Shown here piece by piece: positions 37,674 to 49,233 of a stretch of DNA of 64,000 bases. The stretch is from Orbicella franksi (Eukaryota), in the NCBI GenBank assembly GCA_964199315.1, contig OZ116707.1, positions 17,422,001 to 17,486,000 on the forward strand. Direction: 5' to 3'. Each line of letters opens with the position of its first letter. Positions within the stretch are counted from its first letter, which is position 1. The translations under genes and the position numbers were made by a program. The notes under the pieces are model-generated. The model was not told where the DNA came from. It saw only the letters and a program-made list of their open reading frames with translations, and did no database searches.

Positions 37674-37869
37674 TGTGGTGCTCTCAACATTCCTTGCGTG
37701 ACAGTTCTAGAACATTCTTGCGTTACCATAAGACATTTAGGTCTTAGAGGGGGATTTAGCAATACCCTCAATTGTAAACACGTGCCCCTGTTGTTGTTCG
37801 AGTGATGAGTTGTTAGCAGAATAAACAGAGTTTAGTTGTTATTAGTGTTCGTCTGTCTTGAATGCCAAA
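37674..37869 (+). repeat. Gypsy 5' LTR (196 bp)
   Basis: Matches 41778-41970 with 4 transitions and one 3-nt indel; contains AATAAA. Confidence 0.95.
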
Positions 37870-37870
37870 T

Positions 37871-37884
37871 TGGTGACCCCGACG
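37871..37884 (+). other. Primer binding site, tRNA-Trp
   Basis: TGGTGACCCCGACG is complementary to the 3' end of animal tRNA-Trp (..CGUCGGGGUCACCA), 1 nt after the LTR. Confidence 0.8.
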
Positions 37885-37889
37885 CAATC

Positions 37890-38644
37890 ATGCCCGACGA
37901 AGCTGACATTCCGACACAACCAACTGCAATTGCTAATGCTGTTTCGCTGAAACTACCGGATTTCTGGCCGTCTGATCCTGAACTTTGGTTCGCACAAGCT
38001 GAGGCGTTGTTCACTGCTCAAAATATCACCCACGAAAAGACGAAGTTCGGTCATGTGGTTCGTGTTCTCCCGGCCCAATATGCCTCAGAAGTACGCGACA
38101 TTATTTTATGACCGCCGGAAGCTCCTTATACGGCACTGAAAACCGTGTCTGCCCTTCCAAACGACAACGATTACAGCAACTCCTACACATGGAAGACCTT
38201 GGAGATCGAAAGCCGTCACAACTTTTACGGCATATGTTGAAGCTTCGTGGTGGTACAGTCGCCGATGCTAGCGAAGATGAGATTTTCCATGAGCTTTTTC
38301 TGCAGAAACTTCCACTCACCGTTCGCACGGCTCTTGCGGTACACAAAGGTGCCAGTCTCAGTGAGCTCGCCGACATGGCGGACAATATGGCGGAGGTCCA
38401 AGGTCCTCAAGCACCGGTTTACCAAATACAGCACCAGGGTGATTCTGAGATTAGCGCCATTAAAACCGAGCTACAGAAGATCTGGCAAACATTGCAGTCG
38501 ACCCCACCAGCCCGTGCACAACCACAGTCGCGCTCCCACCCCGACATTTGTTGGTACCACGAGCGATTTGGCACGAAAGCTTTAAAATGCCGTGAGCCTT
38601 GCAAGTTTCAACAGCAACCGGGAAACTCGACTGCCAGTTGGTGA
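37890..38644 (+). pseudogene. Gypsy gag (frameshifted near 38105)
   Basis: KLPDFWPSDPELWFAQAEALF, LGDRKPSQLLRHM, CWYHERFG..A.KC..PC. Confidence 0.85.
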
Positions 38645-41600
38645 ACGCAGCCCATGCGACTGGCACATCTCCTCTCCTTCGACTTTATGACAAGAATACT
38701 AAACTGAACTTTTTAATTGACACGGGAGCGGCAATTAGCGTGTTTACGGCTGGACGATCAGATCGTTTCAAGAAAGGCGACGTCACATTACGAGCTGCGA
38801 ATAACTCTATCATTAACACTTACGGTTCTCGACAGTTAATCCTCGATTTTGGGCTCCCACGCCCCCTAACCTGGCGATTTCTAGTAGCTGATGTGACTCA
38901 ACCTATTATTGGCGCTGATTTTCTGTTACAACACAAATTGTTAGTGGACCTGGACAGACGACGCCTTATTGACACGAGAAATGGGACACGAGTCGAAGCA
39001 GAACCTTCACCGTGCCCCACTCCTCACCTTAATTTTCTTTCTACTCAGCCATCCACTGGTGATCCTTTCACACGACTCCTGAATGACTTCCCGTCATTGA
39101 CAAGCCCTTGCACCAGCGATACTCCTATTAAACATGGTGTTGCCCATCACATTGTCACCGAAGGCCAACCTGTCTTCGCACAACCACGGCGTCTTTCTCC
39201 TGAGAAATTGGTTGCTGCTAAAGCTGAGTTCAACAAGCTCCTTGAGATGGGAATCGTGCGCCCATCCTCCAGCACATGGGCCTCTCCACTCCACATGGTC
39301 CCAAAAGGAAATGGCGAATGGCGCCCATGCGGGGACTACCGCAGGTTGAATGACATCACAACTCCTGATCGCTACCCCATTCCACATATCCAAGATTTTG
39401 TGTCCAATTTGGCTGGTAAAACCATCTTTTCCAAGATCGACTTGGTTCGTGCCTACCATCAGATTCCTCTTACCATGGACGACATCGCTAAGACGGCCAT
39501 TATCACTCCATTTGGTCTGTTCGAGTTCTGCCGTATGCCTTTTGGCTTAAGAAATGCTGCCCAGACCTTCCAGCAGTTCATTGACGATGTATGTCATGAC
39601 CTGGACTTTGTTTGTGTCTACCTGGATGACATCTTGGTTGCTAGCTCCTCCCTCGCTGAGCACCTCCAACATCTTCAGACCCTCTTTCAGCGCTTATCTG
39701 ACCACGGACTTGTCATCAACCCAGCTAAATGTGAATTTGGCAAGTCAGAAGTGAACTTCTTGAGCCATACCATTAGTGCAGCTGGTATTCGTCCCCACAT
39801 TACCCGTGTTGAAGCAGTTTGCACGTTTCCAGTTCCCCAAGACAAGAAGGCACTGCACCAGTTCGTGGGCCTCATCAATTATTATCACCGCTCTGTTCCC
39901 AGGTGTGCTGAGATCTTACAACCCCTACAGCTGGCGCTTACAGCGGACAGTTTCACATGGACTGCCTCCTGTCAACTAGCATTCGACGCAGCCAAAGTGG
40001 CCTTGTCCGAGGCAGTTATGTTGGTCCATCCTCACCCACATGCCGCCACCTGCATCACGACCAACACATCAAACCTTGCTGTCGGAGCAGTCCTTGAACA
40101 GTTCATTCATGGACAAAGGAGACCTATCTCCTTCTTTTCGAAGAAGTTGAGCCCTGCGGAACTCAAATACAGTGCCTTTGATCGTGAACTGTTGGCTGCT
40201 TACCTAGCTGTCCGACATTTCCAGTATTTTGTAGAGGGCCGTGTGTTCCATATCAACACGGACCACAAGCCTCATACCTTTGCACTTCATTCCAGTGCTG
40301 AATGACATTCACCACGACAAGCGCGGCACCTGGCCTTTATTTCCGAGTTCACGTCAGACATCCGCCATATCGAAGGTCAAGCTAATCGTGTCGCTGATGC
40401 ACTGTCATGCAACGTCCTTGCCCTGGAACAATCCCCAATCGACCTTGAAGCCCCTGCTTCTGCTCAAGAACTAGATGGGGAGCTCCTCAAGCTTTCAACC
40501 TCCTCCACTTCATTGCAGCTTGCACAGGTTCCTCTTTCGCACACCGGACGAACTCTCCTTTGTGATATCTCCCAAGGTCGTCCCCGTCCTCTGGTGCCCT
40601 TAACGATGCGTCGAGCCATCTTTGACAACCTGCAGTCTTTGTCTCATCCAGGCATCAAAGCCTCTCGTCGCCTCATATCCGAACGGTACGTCTGGCCAAA
40701 TATGAAGCGGGACATCGCCTGCTGGACCCGTACCTGCCATGATTGTCAGCAATCCAAGGTGCAACGGCATGTCAAAGCCCCGCTGAAGGCCTTCACCCCA
40801 CGCAACTGCCATTTTGATAGTATTCATGTGGACATTGTCGGTCCCTTACCTCTATCCAAGGGCTACACTTACCTGTTCACTTGCATTGATCGCTACACTC
40901 GCTGGCCTGAGGCAATTCCGATGGCTGATGCCACTGCTGAGTCCTGCGCTTCTGCTCTTCTGACGGGCTGGATCTCGCGCTTTGGTGTACCGACGACGAT
41001 AACCTCTGACCGGGGACAGCAGTTTGAATCGGATCTTTGGCATTCCCTAATGAACCTTCTTGGTGCCACACGTCTCCACATCACAGCGTAACACCCACAG
41101 GCAAATGGTCTTGTCGAGAGGTTCCACAGGCACCTTAAAACCGGCCTGAAAGCACGATTGGCAGGTAGTAATTGGGTTGACGACCTCCCTATGGTCCTTC
41201 TTGGAATTCGTGCCACCCTCAAAGAAGACCTGTCATGTATGTCCACAGAATTGGTTTATGGCACAACACTCCGTCTGCCAGGCGACTTCTTCTCTGCCCC
41301 TACTATCGAGGACCCATTCTCATTCGTGTCAAGACTGCGTTCTTCCATGCAGCACCTCCAGTTTGTTCCTACGAGATGGCATGGTCGTCGTGATGTTTAT
41401 CTCCCTCCTGACCTCCATACAGCTACCCACATGTATGTGCGGCGTGACAGCCACAAACCTCCACTAACGCGCCCTTATGATGGTCCCTTTCGGGTTCTCT
41501 GCCGTTTTGACAAACACTTTACCCTGGACATTAATGGCAAGACCAAGGAAATCACAGTTGACCGTTTAAAGCCTGCTAAGCTGATGGATGATGCTGGTCC

Positions 41601-41769
41601 TATTGAGCATCCAGTTGAAGTTTCTGCTCCACATTCTCCAACACTTCCAGATCCTCGAGAGAACACTAGCACTCCAACTCAAGTTCATTCTCACCCACCC
41701 ACCTTGACCCGAGCAGGCCACCCAAGTCGTCGACCAGCACATTTCTTGGATTATCTCTCAGACTGGTAG
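38599..41769 (+). pseudogene. Gypsy pol (protease, RT, RNase H, integrase) with two in-frame stops
   Basis: [45 protein letters not shown] and NGLVERFHR. Stops at 40303-40305 and 41089-41091 stay in one frame. Confidence 0.93.
38620..38665 (+). promoter_or_regulatory. Candidate -1 ribosomal frameshift signal
   Basis: G GGA AAC at 38620-38626 in the gag frame; pol is in the -1 frame; hairpin TGCCAGT(38632-38638)/ACTGGCA(38659-38665) starts 5 nt downstream. Confidence 0.7.
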
Positions 41770-41777
41770 GGGGGTAC

Positions 41778-41970
41778 TGTGGTGCTCCCAACATTCCTTG
41801 CGTGACAGTTCTAGAACATTCTTGCATTACCATAAGACATTTAGGTCTTAGAGGGGGATTTAGCAATACCCTCAATTGTAAACACGTGCCCTTGTTGTTC
41901 GAGTGATGAGTTGTTAGCAGAATAAACGGAGTTTAGTTGTTATTAGTGTTCGTCTGTCTTGAACGCCAAA
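41778..41970 (+). repeat. Gypsy 3' LTR (193 bp), preceded by PPT AGGGGGG (41768-41774)
   Basis: Direct repeat of 37674-37869. Confidence 0.95.
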
Positions 41971-43145
41971 TGATTATGCTCTTAGCTGCAACAGGTCCTC
42001 ATATTGCCAATGCCATAGGATGCCCTGTTTGGCACTCATAAAAACCTTGCTTTGGGTTTACAACTTCAAGTCTGGTCGATAACTCATACAAAATTTTACC
42101 TTGGATCCATTTTGTGTTGTTGACACCAATTTTTTTTTAATGTTCTTTTTCTTCTACCAGCTATGTTGCTTGCCATGTATGTTTCCTAAAAGTAGGTTCT
42201 AAAGCACATGCATTTCAATTCTCTTATATTTTCTGTCAGTCTGAATAACTACTGTAAGAATGCAATCAATGAAATCAATCTTTCCACTTAAACTTAGTGT
42301 AGTAAGTGCAGTAAAATAATGCATGTTTAGTGCAGATTTTACGTAAGATCGCTCAGACACTTCAACACGTATCACATGCACAAAAAGCTCACTTGCACTT
42401 GTGAATCTCCATTGTCAAAAGTAACACCTTATTGGCACAAATTAAAAGATTACGGAATAAATGTTATCAAAAATGGCCGAAAAGCACCATACCATGTTTC
42501 CACCGTGTGAACTTCGTCCACCACTAGGACCTCGGTGTCATGCAAACTTCCAAACTGCAGAGCTTTCTTCCATCTATCGCTCAGCCAGTTCTGCACTGCC
42601 AAACACGATGTTTGCACCTCCCTCCTCAATATCTTGGTCAGTTTTCTCATCATCACCAATGGCCGCCACAGATAAATCACAGTGCAACTTCTTGATAATT
42701 GCCACTCGCTGTTTTCTAATGCATTCCAGTGGGCTGACAATGCAGACGAAGAACTTATTCCTGTAGTCGCTTTCATTTTTCAAACACTCCAACACCTTTG
42801 GAATTATTTGGTAGATTGAACTCTTCCCGAAACCCGTAAGGAGAACTGCCAAAACATCTTCACGTGAACAAATTACTCACCGTAAGCACTCTATCTGCTC
42901 TGCTTTCAGGGAATCGTAGTAAAAATTTCTCAGGGCTTCAACTAACCCAGCAGAAAACTCGTCCTTGCTAACATCTTGCTCTGTCTCTGCCATTTTGTTT
43001 TCTTCTAGCCAGGCCAACTTTTTGACCAGAAGTGAGGTTAAAATATGAAAGCCAATAAAAACGCAGTGTTTCATAAGTATTGTTTCTCGACCAATCAGAG
43101 AAAAAACCACGATCTGATTTCTTAACATGTGATCCGACAAGTAAA

Positions 43146-43206
43146 TGTATCACGCCCTCCTTCCCCACGTCTGAATATAAGGAAGGGAGGGTATGATCAC
43201 AGGTTA
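43146..43206 (-). other. Hairpin-bearing candidate terminus of the RecQ-carrying element
   Basis: Imperfect stem TCACGCCCTC-CTTCC / GGAAGGGAGGGTATGA; the minus strand starts TAACCTGTGATCA; homology to duplicate A begins exactly at the next base (43207). Confidence 0.5.
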
Positions 43207-45968
43207 CGATGCTTCCAACAGTAGCATGCACATTCAACCAACTGAGATTTCTAATGAACAAGACAAACAATTTCTACTTTGTTGTGAGAAAAATTGCCTT
43301 CCCTCGGCTGCCATTTTCAAAAACAGTGGTTACAAAGCTATCCTTAAGGCAAAAGCTGCTGACCGAACACAGTGTGGTCACCAATAAATAAAATACAGAT
43401 TTTCAGGTTCTGACGTTCGTGGAAAAGTGGAAATGTTACGTATTAAAGAGATTTCAATTCATTCCCTATATTTAGCATTGTTTGAAGTACAATGTCTGAT
43501 ATTGCCCCATTTGAATCATTTTTGAAATGGAAATTACCAATTGAAAATACCAGTCCCTCATTAGCATATGCTGCCAAAGCAGTAACTAGAAATGTCCCCT
43601 TTGCTGTGGACATTCCCTACCCACTCTTAAAGGCCTGGCATGAATTTCTTAGTGAGGCAACAAAGCAAAATAATAATCCATGCCCTACTTCAGAGGAACA
43701 GAGCCCATCTACATCTGGGACAGGTAAAGAATCAGTGAGACCACAAAACATACACTGATTTGTTGGAATTTTCCATCCCTGGAAATTTCTTTGCTATCAG
43801 TGAGGACCGCATCACAAGAACAGAAGTTCATGTACATCTTCAGAGATTAGCTGGGGCAGTTTGCATTGAGTATAAGAAGGCAAAAGGTGGAAGGTAAAGT
43901 CTGGAACTGGGTAAAACGTCTAAGAGGTTTCACATCTATGAAGGACACACAGTTGACTTAGTGGAATTAAGAGAGCAGAATGAGCTTATCAAAGATGAAC
44001 TTCTGGAGTGGAGTGATTTGGAGTCAGAGCTAAAAAAACTTCATCAAGAGATGCAGGTGGCAATCCAAGAGAAAGATGGAGCAGTTAAGAATTTACAAAC
44101 AATCAATGAACACCTCTTAAGTTATGTAAATTCACTTACAGAAAAACTGCAAAAGAAAAATACTGTTGTGAACACAAAACTTTAATTATCATAGAAATGG
44201 ATCATGTAATACTAGATAAACTTCATTTATTACTCAGGATACTTGATGTTTTATTGAAAACTTAATTAGGGATGCTTTGCAGTAGGATCAGAAAGACAAT
44301 TGGGACAAAAAACAAGCAGCCCAAAAAATTATCCATTTAAATGAACTTCAAAAAACAGTTAGATCCTGTGGGATTTCCTTTGACATTTGGGAAAAAAACA
44401 AATGCAGATGGCAAGGGTTCTGGCCAGTATGACTTTAAAAGTCTTCTGGGCTCTGAGAAAAAAAAATTACTATAAGATCTACCCAGCAAGCTTCCTAGTG
44501 TTATCCATTCAGAGGCTGTGGAAACTGTTCAAAAACGTTGGGAGGACTTTGATGCTCTCTATTCCATTGTTGCTAGCAAGGAATCATCAAACAAAGACAT
44601 GGCCAGTTATTTTGCAAGAGCCAAGGGTTGGGTTACTTTATTCACATCACTGCGAGACAAAAAGAATGGGTACAGAGGGCAAATCTGACCCCCTACATGC
44701 GTGCTATGGTATACCATATTCCAACCTTTTTTAAAAATATAAAACAGTAACTGGCAATGATGTGGCTAGAAACATTGTTTTACACAAGTCTAACAAATGG
44801 GATGCTCCAACAGATGTTTTACAGCTTGAATCACAGCAGTGGGAGCTAAGAGAGCGAGAAAGGTCTAAAAGACCAGACTCAAAGAGAAATGCAAGTTACT
44901 GGGAAGAGGAGCTGAGGGAGACTAGGAGAAACAAGGACCACAAATCTGATTAAAAGTATATAATTCAAAAATTTCATGAGATAAGATATTTGATATGCTC
45001 TAGCAATAAATTGAGAAATTGTTTATCAGTGTAATAATTCTATTTCAATGTACAATATTTTGTAATACATGCCATTTTTATAAATTTGTAGACGATTGTA
45101 ATCAATATGAATACAGAAATAAACTGAGATTACATACACTATCACTGTTCACTTTTTCACCGATGTTTCATAAGTACAGTTGTTTTAGTGAATCTCTGAC
45201 AATTAATACAATCACATTTTGGAAATAAACTAATTTGCAGAGACACTGAATGGCTCTTTTCTACAATTTTTGCTTATCTTTTCTATATGATATCTGGGTG
45301 AAGATATTATTGCTTTTCCTTACTCACAGTATGTTTTTTTGGGCTTCTCAAAATAAATAGACGCGCCTCTATTGGAAAATCAACTTTTCCTTCATCCCCT
45401 AAGCTATCCAGAAGCTTGTCCCAGTCATATGGGAATGTACATCTGGAAAAATCCTGTTTTTCCAACAATAAATTTATTGTCTTTTCTATAAATGTCTTGT
45501 ATTTGTTTTTACCCTTCCCCTTGAAAAGATAATGGAAAACATCATGTCTGAAGGGAATGATGGTTGCAGACACACTTTTTGATGAGAGGTTTTCAAAAAA
45601 CTGCAGCATGCAAGGCATTCAGAGCTGAACTAATTGACTCCTGGCTAGGCTTGGGGTTTAAATACGTTCCAAATAGAACAAACAAATTAAGACAGTTAAA
45701 TTTGTCCTGCACATATGGTGTAAAATGTAGTTACTTTATGCCTAAAAATGCCAACATTACCCATTAAACAGGGACATCAAACAGAGAAGTATTAAATATG
45801 ACAATATAAATCAATCTTTTTATTTCAAACCATTGGATTTTTTGCAAGATTTGCTTACTCGGATGTCAAAACTGCAGCATATTGCAAATTGTGGCTAGAT
45901 TCTCCGATTAGCATGTAGAATCTCTGAAATGCTACTAACAAGTTTTACACTTAAAGCAAAAAGGTACA
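43207..45968 (+). repeat. Segmental duplicate B of 13209-16963
   Basis: Collinear with copy A. It lacks the MITE and carries a different internal segment (43786-44140 coiled-coil region) in place of the A catalytic segment. Confidence 0.88.
45307..45660 (-). pseudogene. Remnant of the convergent partner gene (C-terminal exon), copy 2
   Basis: IIPFRHDVFHYLFKGKG..LLEKQDFSRCTFPYDWDKLLDSLGDEGKVDFPIEARLF. Confidence 0.6.
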
Positions 45969-45975
45969 GATTATA

Positions 45976-46295
45976 GCTAGGCCGTCACGGATTTCAGCAA
46001 AAACTTAGGTTTTTAAAGAGAATATTAGTCTCCATCCATCACGGATTTATCGCTACACCGTCACCGATTTCAGCAAAAACTTAGGTGTTTTAAGAGAATA
46101 TTTGTCTCCATCTGTCATGGATTCTCGCTAGGCCATCACGGATTTCAGCAAAAACTTAGGTTTTTAAAGAGAATATTAGTCCCCATCCGTCACGGATTTA
46201 CAGCTAGGCCGTCACAGATTTTGGCAAAAACTTAGGCTGTTAAAGAGAATATTAGTCTCCATCAGTGACGGATTCATTGCTAGGTCGTCACGGAT
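45976..46295 (+). repeat. 76-bp minisatellite, about 4.3 copies
   Basis: GCTAGGCCGTCACGGATTTCAGCAAAAACTTAGG.. units start at 45976, 46052, 46127, 46203 and 46279. Confidence 0.9.
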
Positions 46296-49233
46296 CTGTC
46301 ATTTATGTGTCATGGATTTTACCCATTTTGACTGTCACAGATGTTCGACCATCACGGCATGATTAAGAGCATTATAAAGTGAGATGTTGTTATGCTACAA
46401 AGCGGTAATGGCGGATGTGCATAAGGTGAAAGTGATGAGGATTAAAGCGTTCCTCCCAAAAATGTAAAGTTTTCTTCGCTGTCTCACCTCTTCTTTTAGT
46501 ATCATTAAAGTATTAATTGTCCATCCCCGTAATAAGATTTCTAGTCCCATTTCCTTAAAGCAAGAACTTGGTCAACTTAATATTCCTACAAATTTCGATC
46601 AGCCCACAAACAACGGCATCTTCTCACCAGAAAAACCTTGAAAATCTCTGCCATATATGCGGTGAAAAGCTGCGAAAATCAAAAGGAACAGTCACTTCAC
46701 AGTTTCAATGTCTGAAATGGAAAGAATTCTTGGCTGAAAAGTTTTCAATCTTCGTTGAAAAGGACCTTGAGGAAATTCATCCGCAATATTTTTACCACAC
46801 ATGCTATGCGCATCCTGACAGAAGATCTGTTGTTCCAGTTACATGGGTGACACACTATGATGATGATTGCAGAGTCTGTTCACATGTAGAAGAAATTAAG
46901 AAAGGTGGAAAGCCTAAGAAGGTATGAAGGGGGAGAAAACCCGAGTTACTTGACCCGTCTAGAACTCTTCAGACCCCTAGTAGTTTGCTCCAAGATCTTG
47001 ATGTTCTTACCAAAGACATGCCCTCTATTCGCTTCGATGAATTTTCAGAAGTTTGTCCTTCCTGCAAAACCTTAGAAAAGAATTTCTGTGCCCAGTGTGC
47101 CTTCAGATTTTAGAAAAACCTGTGGAAACCACTTGTCAGCATTACTTTTGTGTAGAATGCATGAAAGGTGTAATTGATAGTGGTCAGAAGGGTTCATGTC
47201 CCATTTGTAAAGAAAATATTAGCCCCCTCAAAGTACCTACTTGAATGGTGCTGCGACTCATTGCCAAGCAAGAGGTAATTTGCACAACCTGTTGCAAGTC
47301 TGTTAACTACGAAAATAGTGCTGTCCATGCTTGTGAAGGTGCTGCACAAGCACCAGCTGTAATTCCCCAGCCCCAATAACCAGTGGTAGACCCTGACCCC
47401 GCCCAGGCTATGCAGCAGATTTTGGAAGATGAACAGGCAGGAAAATTCTCACCAGAGGTGAAGATATGCACTGCATATGTGAAAACTAGGTTGAGGGAGT
47501 CAACAGATGGAAAAACTGTATTGTTCAAAACTGGTGGAAAGGTAACATTCCTTTTTATTTTCAATTTAAACTGTTTGCCCTCCCGTCCCCAACCCCCCCA
47601 TCCCCCTCCCCCCACACACACAGCCCCCCCCTTCGCAACTTGCCCTGAAACCATCTTCCACCAACTGGACTCACTGCACTTCTTATATTTTCTTCAAGCC
47701 TCCAGGTGTTGTGCATGTCCCGGTCGCACAAAAGCCTTCTGATCAAGTTACCCCAAGAACACGGCTTAATCGAACCAAGGCTCTCAAAACAGTTGGTAAC
47801 AAGATCAGTTGTGACCGATTTGATGTGCACATGATCCAAACCCTGAAACGAAGAGCCAGGAGGAGAGAAGACAAATTTTGCATGATGCTTTGGGAAAGGA
47901 ACTTGTCCTCAACATCCCAGAGGGTCAAGCAAATGCCATGAAAGCAAACCTTGGGATAACATGGTTGAGCTCAGAGAGAGGAGGGATAACAAGACTGTTA
48001 CCATCATCAACAAAACTCCATGTGCATATGTCAGTGATCTTAAGGACCACATAGTTTCCTTTGTGGATGACTGTGACTTGTAAGGAAGGCCACCCTAGCT
48101 ACCTCAAATTTAAAAATACAAAACCATTTTCCACTTCATAACTTTCATACAACTTCTACCTCTTCTCATTTCAGGGCTGGTCAACTTACTTGGCATAATG
48201 GAAAAATACCACATGACAAATTATTAGTGAAAATAGGGGGCGATCATGAGCAAAATTCTAAGAAATTAGAGTTTTAATTAGCCAATGTAATCAAACCCAA
48301 TTCAAGCAAAAAAAACTGTGGTATTTGTCGCTTATGAAGGTAAGGACACTAGGAACAATCTGCAAACAGTACTCCAACAACATGCTGATTCACTGAGGGA
48401 ACTAACTGCCTTGAAAATAAAGTAAGAAAACTACCTTATCAACTAGCTAGAAACATTACTTTGTCAATTTACATCATTAATCATTCCTTCACTGTATTTG
48501 TTTAGGAACAAAACTTCAGTGCTGTTTCTTTTTGGTGATTATGAATTTCTGTGTAGTGATGGAGATCAGTGGTGCTAGTGGTGAGTGATATTCAAATGCA
48601 TCTAAACATTATAATTAACACACTTCTTAAACACGAAGGCACGCTATAAAAGGGCATAAGCTCTGCCCCCCAATTTTGAAGTCACAGGGAAATCAAAATG
48701 GCGTACTATGTGAAGAACAATGGTACACTTTCTGCTCAAGCTGTTTTGATATTTACAGCTTAAGTTTGCACAAATTAGCCTCAGAAAACAGCAATTGAGG
48801 CATTTCAAAGTGAAAACTATTAGCAAAAGTGAAGTAAAAACCATACATGTTCACAAAACGAAGCCTCCAGCAGGAGAAATGGTCAGAATTCAAATCGCGC
48901 ACCATTTTGGTTGCATACTCGCTCCCTACTGGTGGCTGGACGGGTATTTTTTTCTTGTCATTTTTGAGCCTACAGTTCTGCGTTTAGTATCAAGCAGTTT
49001 CACACAAAAGTTATGCATGATTTCGAATACTGAACAGCGAAGAGGCTGGCTGAACAACAAATATTGGCAGCTGGGAGTCCACTTTGTATTGATGGTTTGA
49101 TTACAACTACTCTTTGTCGACAATCAAAATGCTAACGGTTGGTCCTCGCGAAAAGAAGACTAAAATAGAGAGAAACAAGCAGACAAATGCGAACAGAGAT
49201 CCAGAGAAGTGAAACCCGCATTTCAGCCTGACA

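Larger units (their letters stand above)
37674..41970 (+). mobile_element. Full-length Ty3/Gypsy LTR retrotransposon (Mag-like gag), 4.3 kb
   Basis: TGAT TSD at 37670-37673 and 41971-41974; two LTRs; PBS; PPT; gag then PR-RT-RH-IN order. Confidence 0.95.
36348..42993 (-). pseudogene. RecQ-family SF2 helicase gene, probably transposon-borne, with the Gypsy element in its intron
   Basis: Motif I TGFGKS, Ia IVSPL and II DEVH (42500-42993); III TATA, IV IIFC, V STSLSMGVD, VI QEAGRAGRDG and a Cys-rich Zn region (36430-37520). In-frame TGA near 42880 and a frameshift. Confidence 0.8.

Noticed and set aside
2125-41875. Many antisense or off-frame ORFs over PLE, PolB, Gypsy and transposase regions (e.g. 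2125-2595, 23132-23443, 39094-39459)
   Set aside because: They are shadows of the real coding strand with no motifs of their own.
41975-42180. Small minus-strand ORF apparently split by the Gypsy insertion inside the RecQ intron
   Set aside because: It contains stops and no motif, so it cannot be distinguished from intron sequence.
45976-46295. CRISPR-like array
   Set aside because: Whole units are homologous with no unique spacers, the context is eukaryotic, and there are no cas genes.
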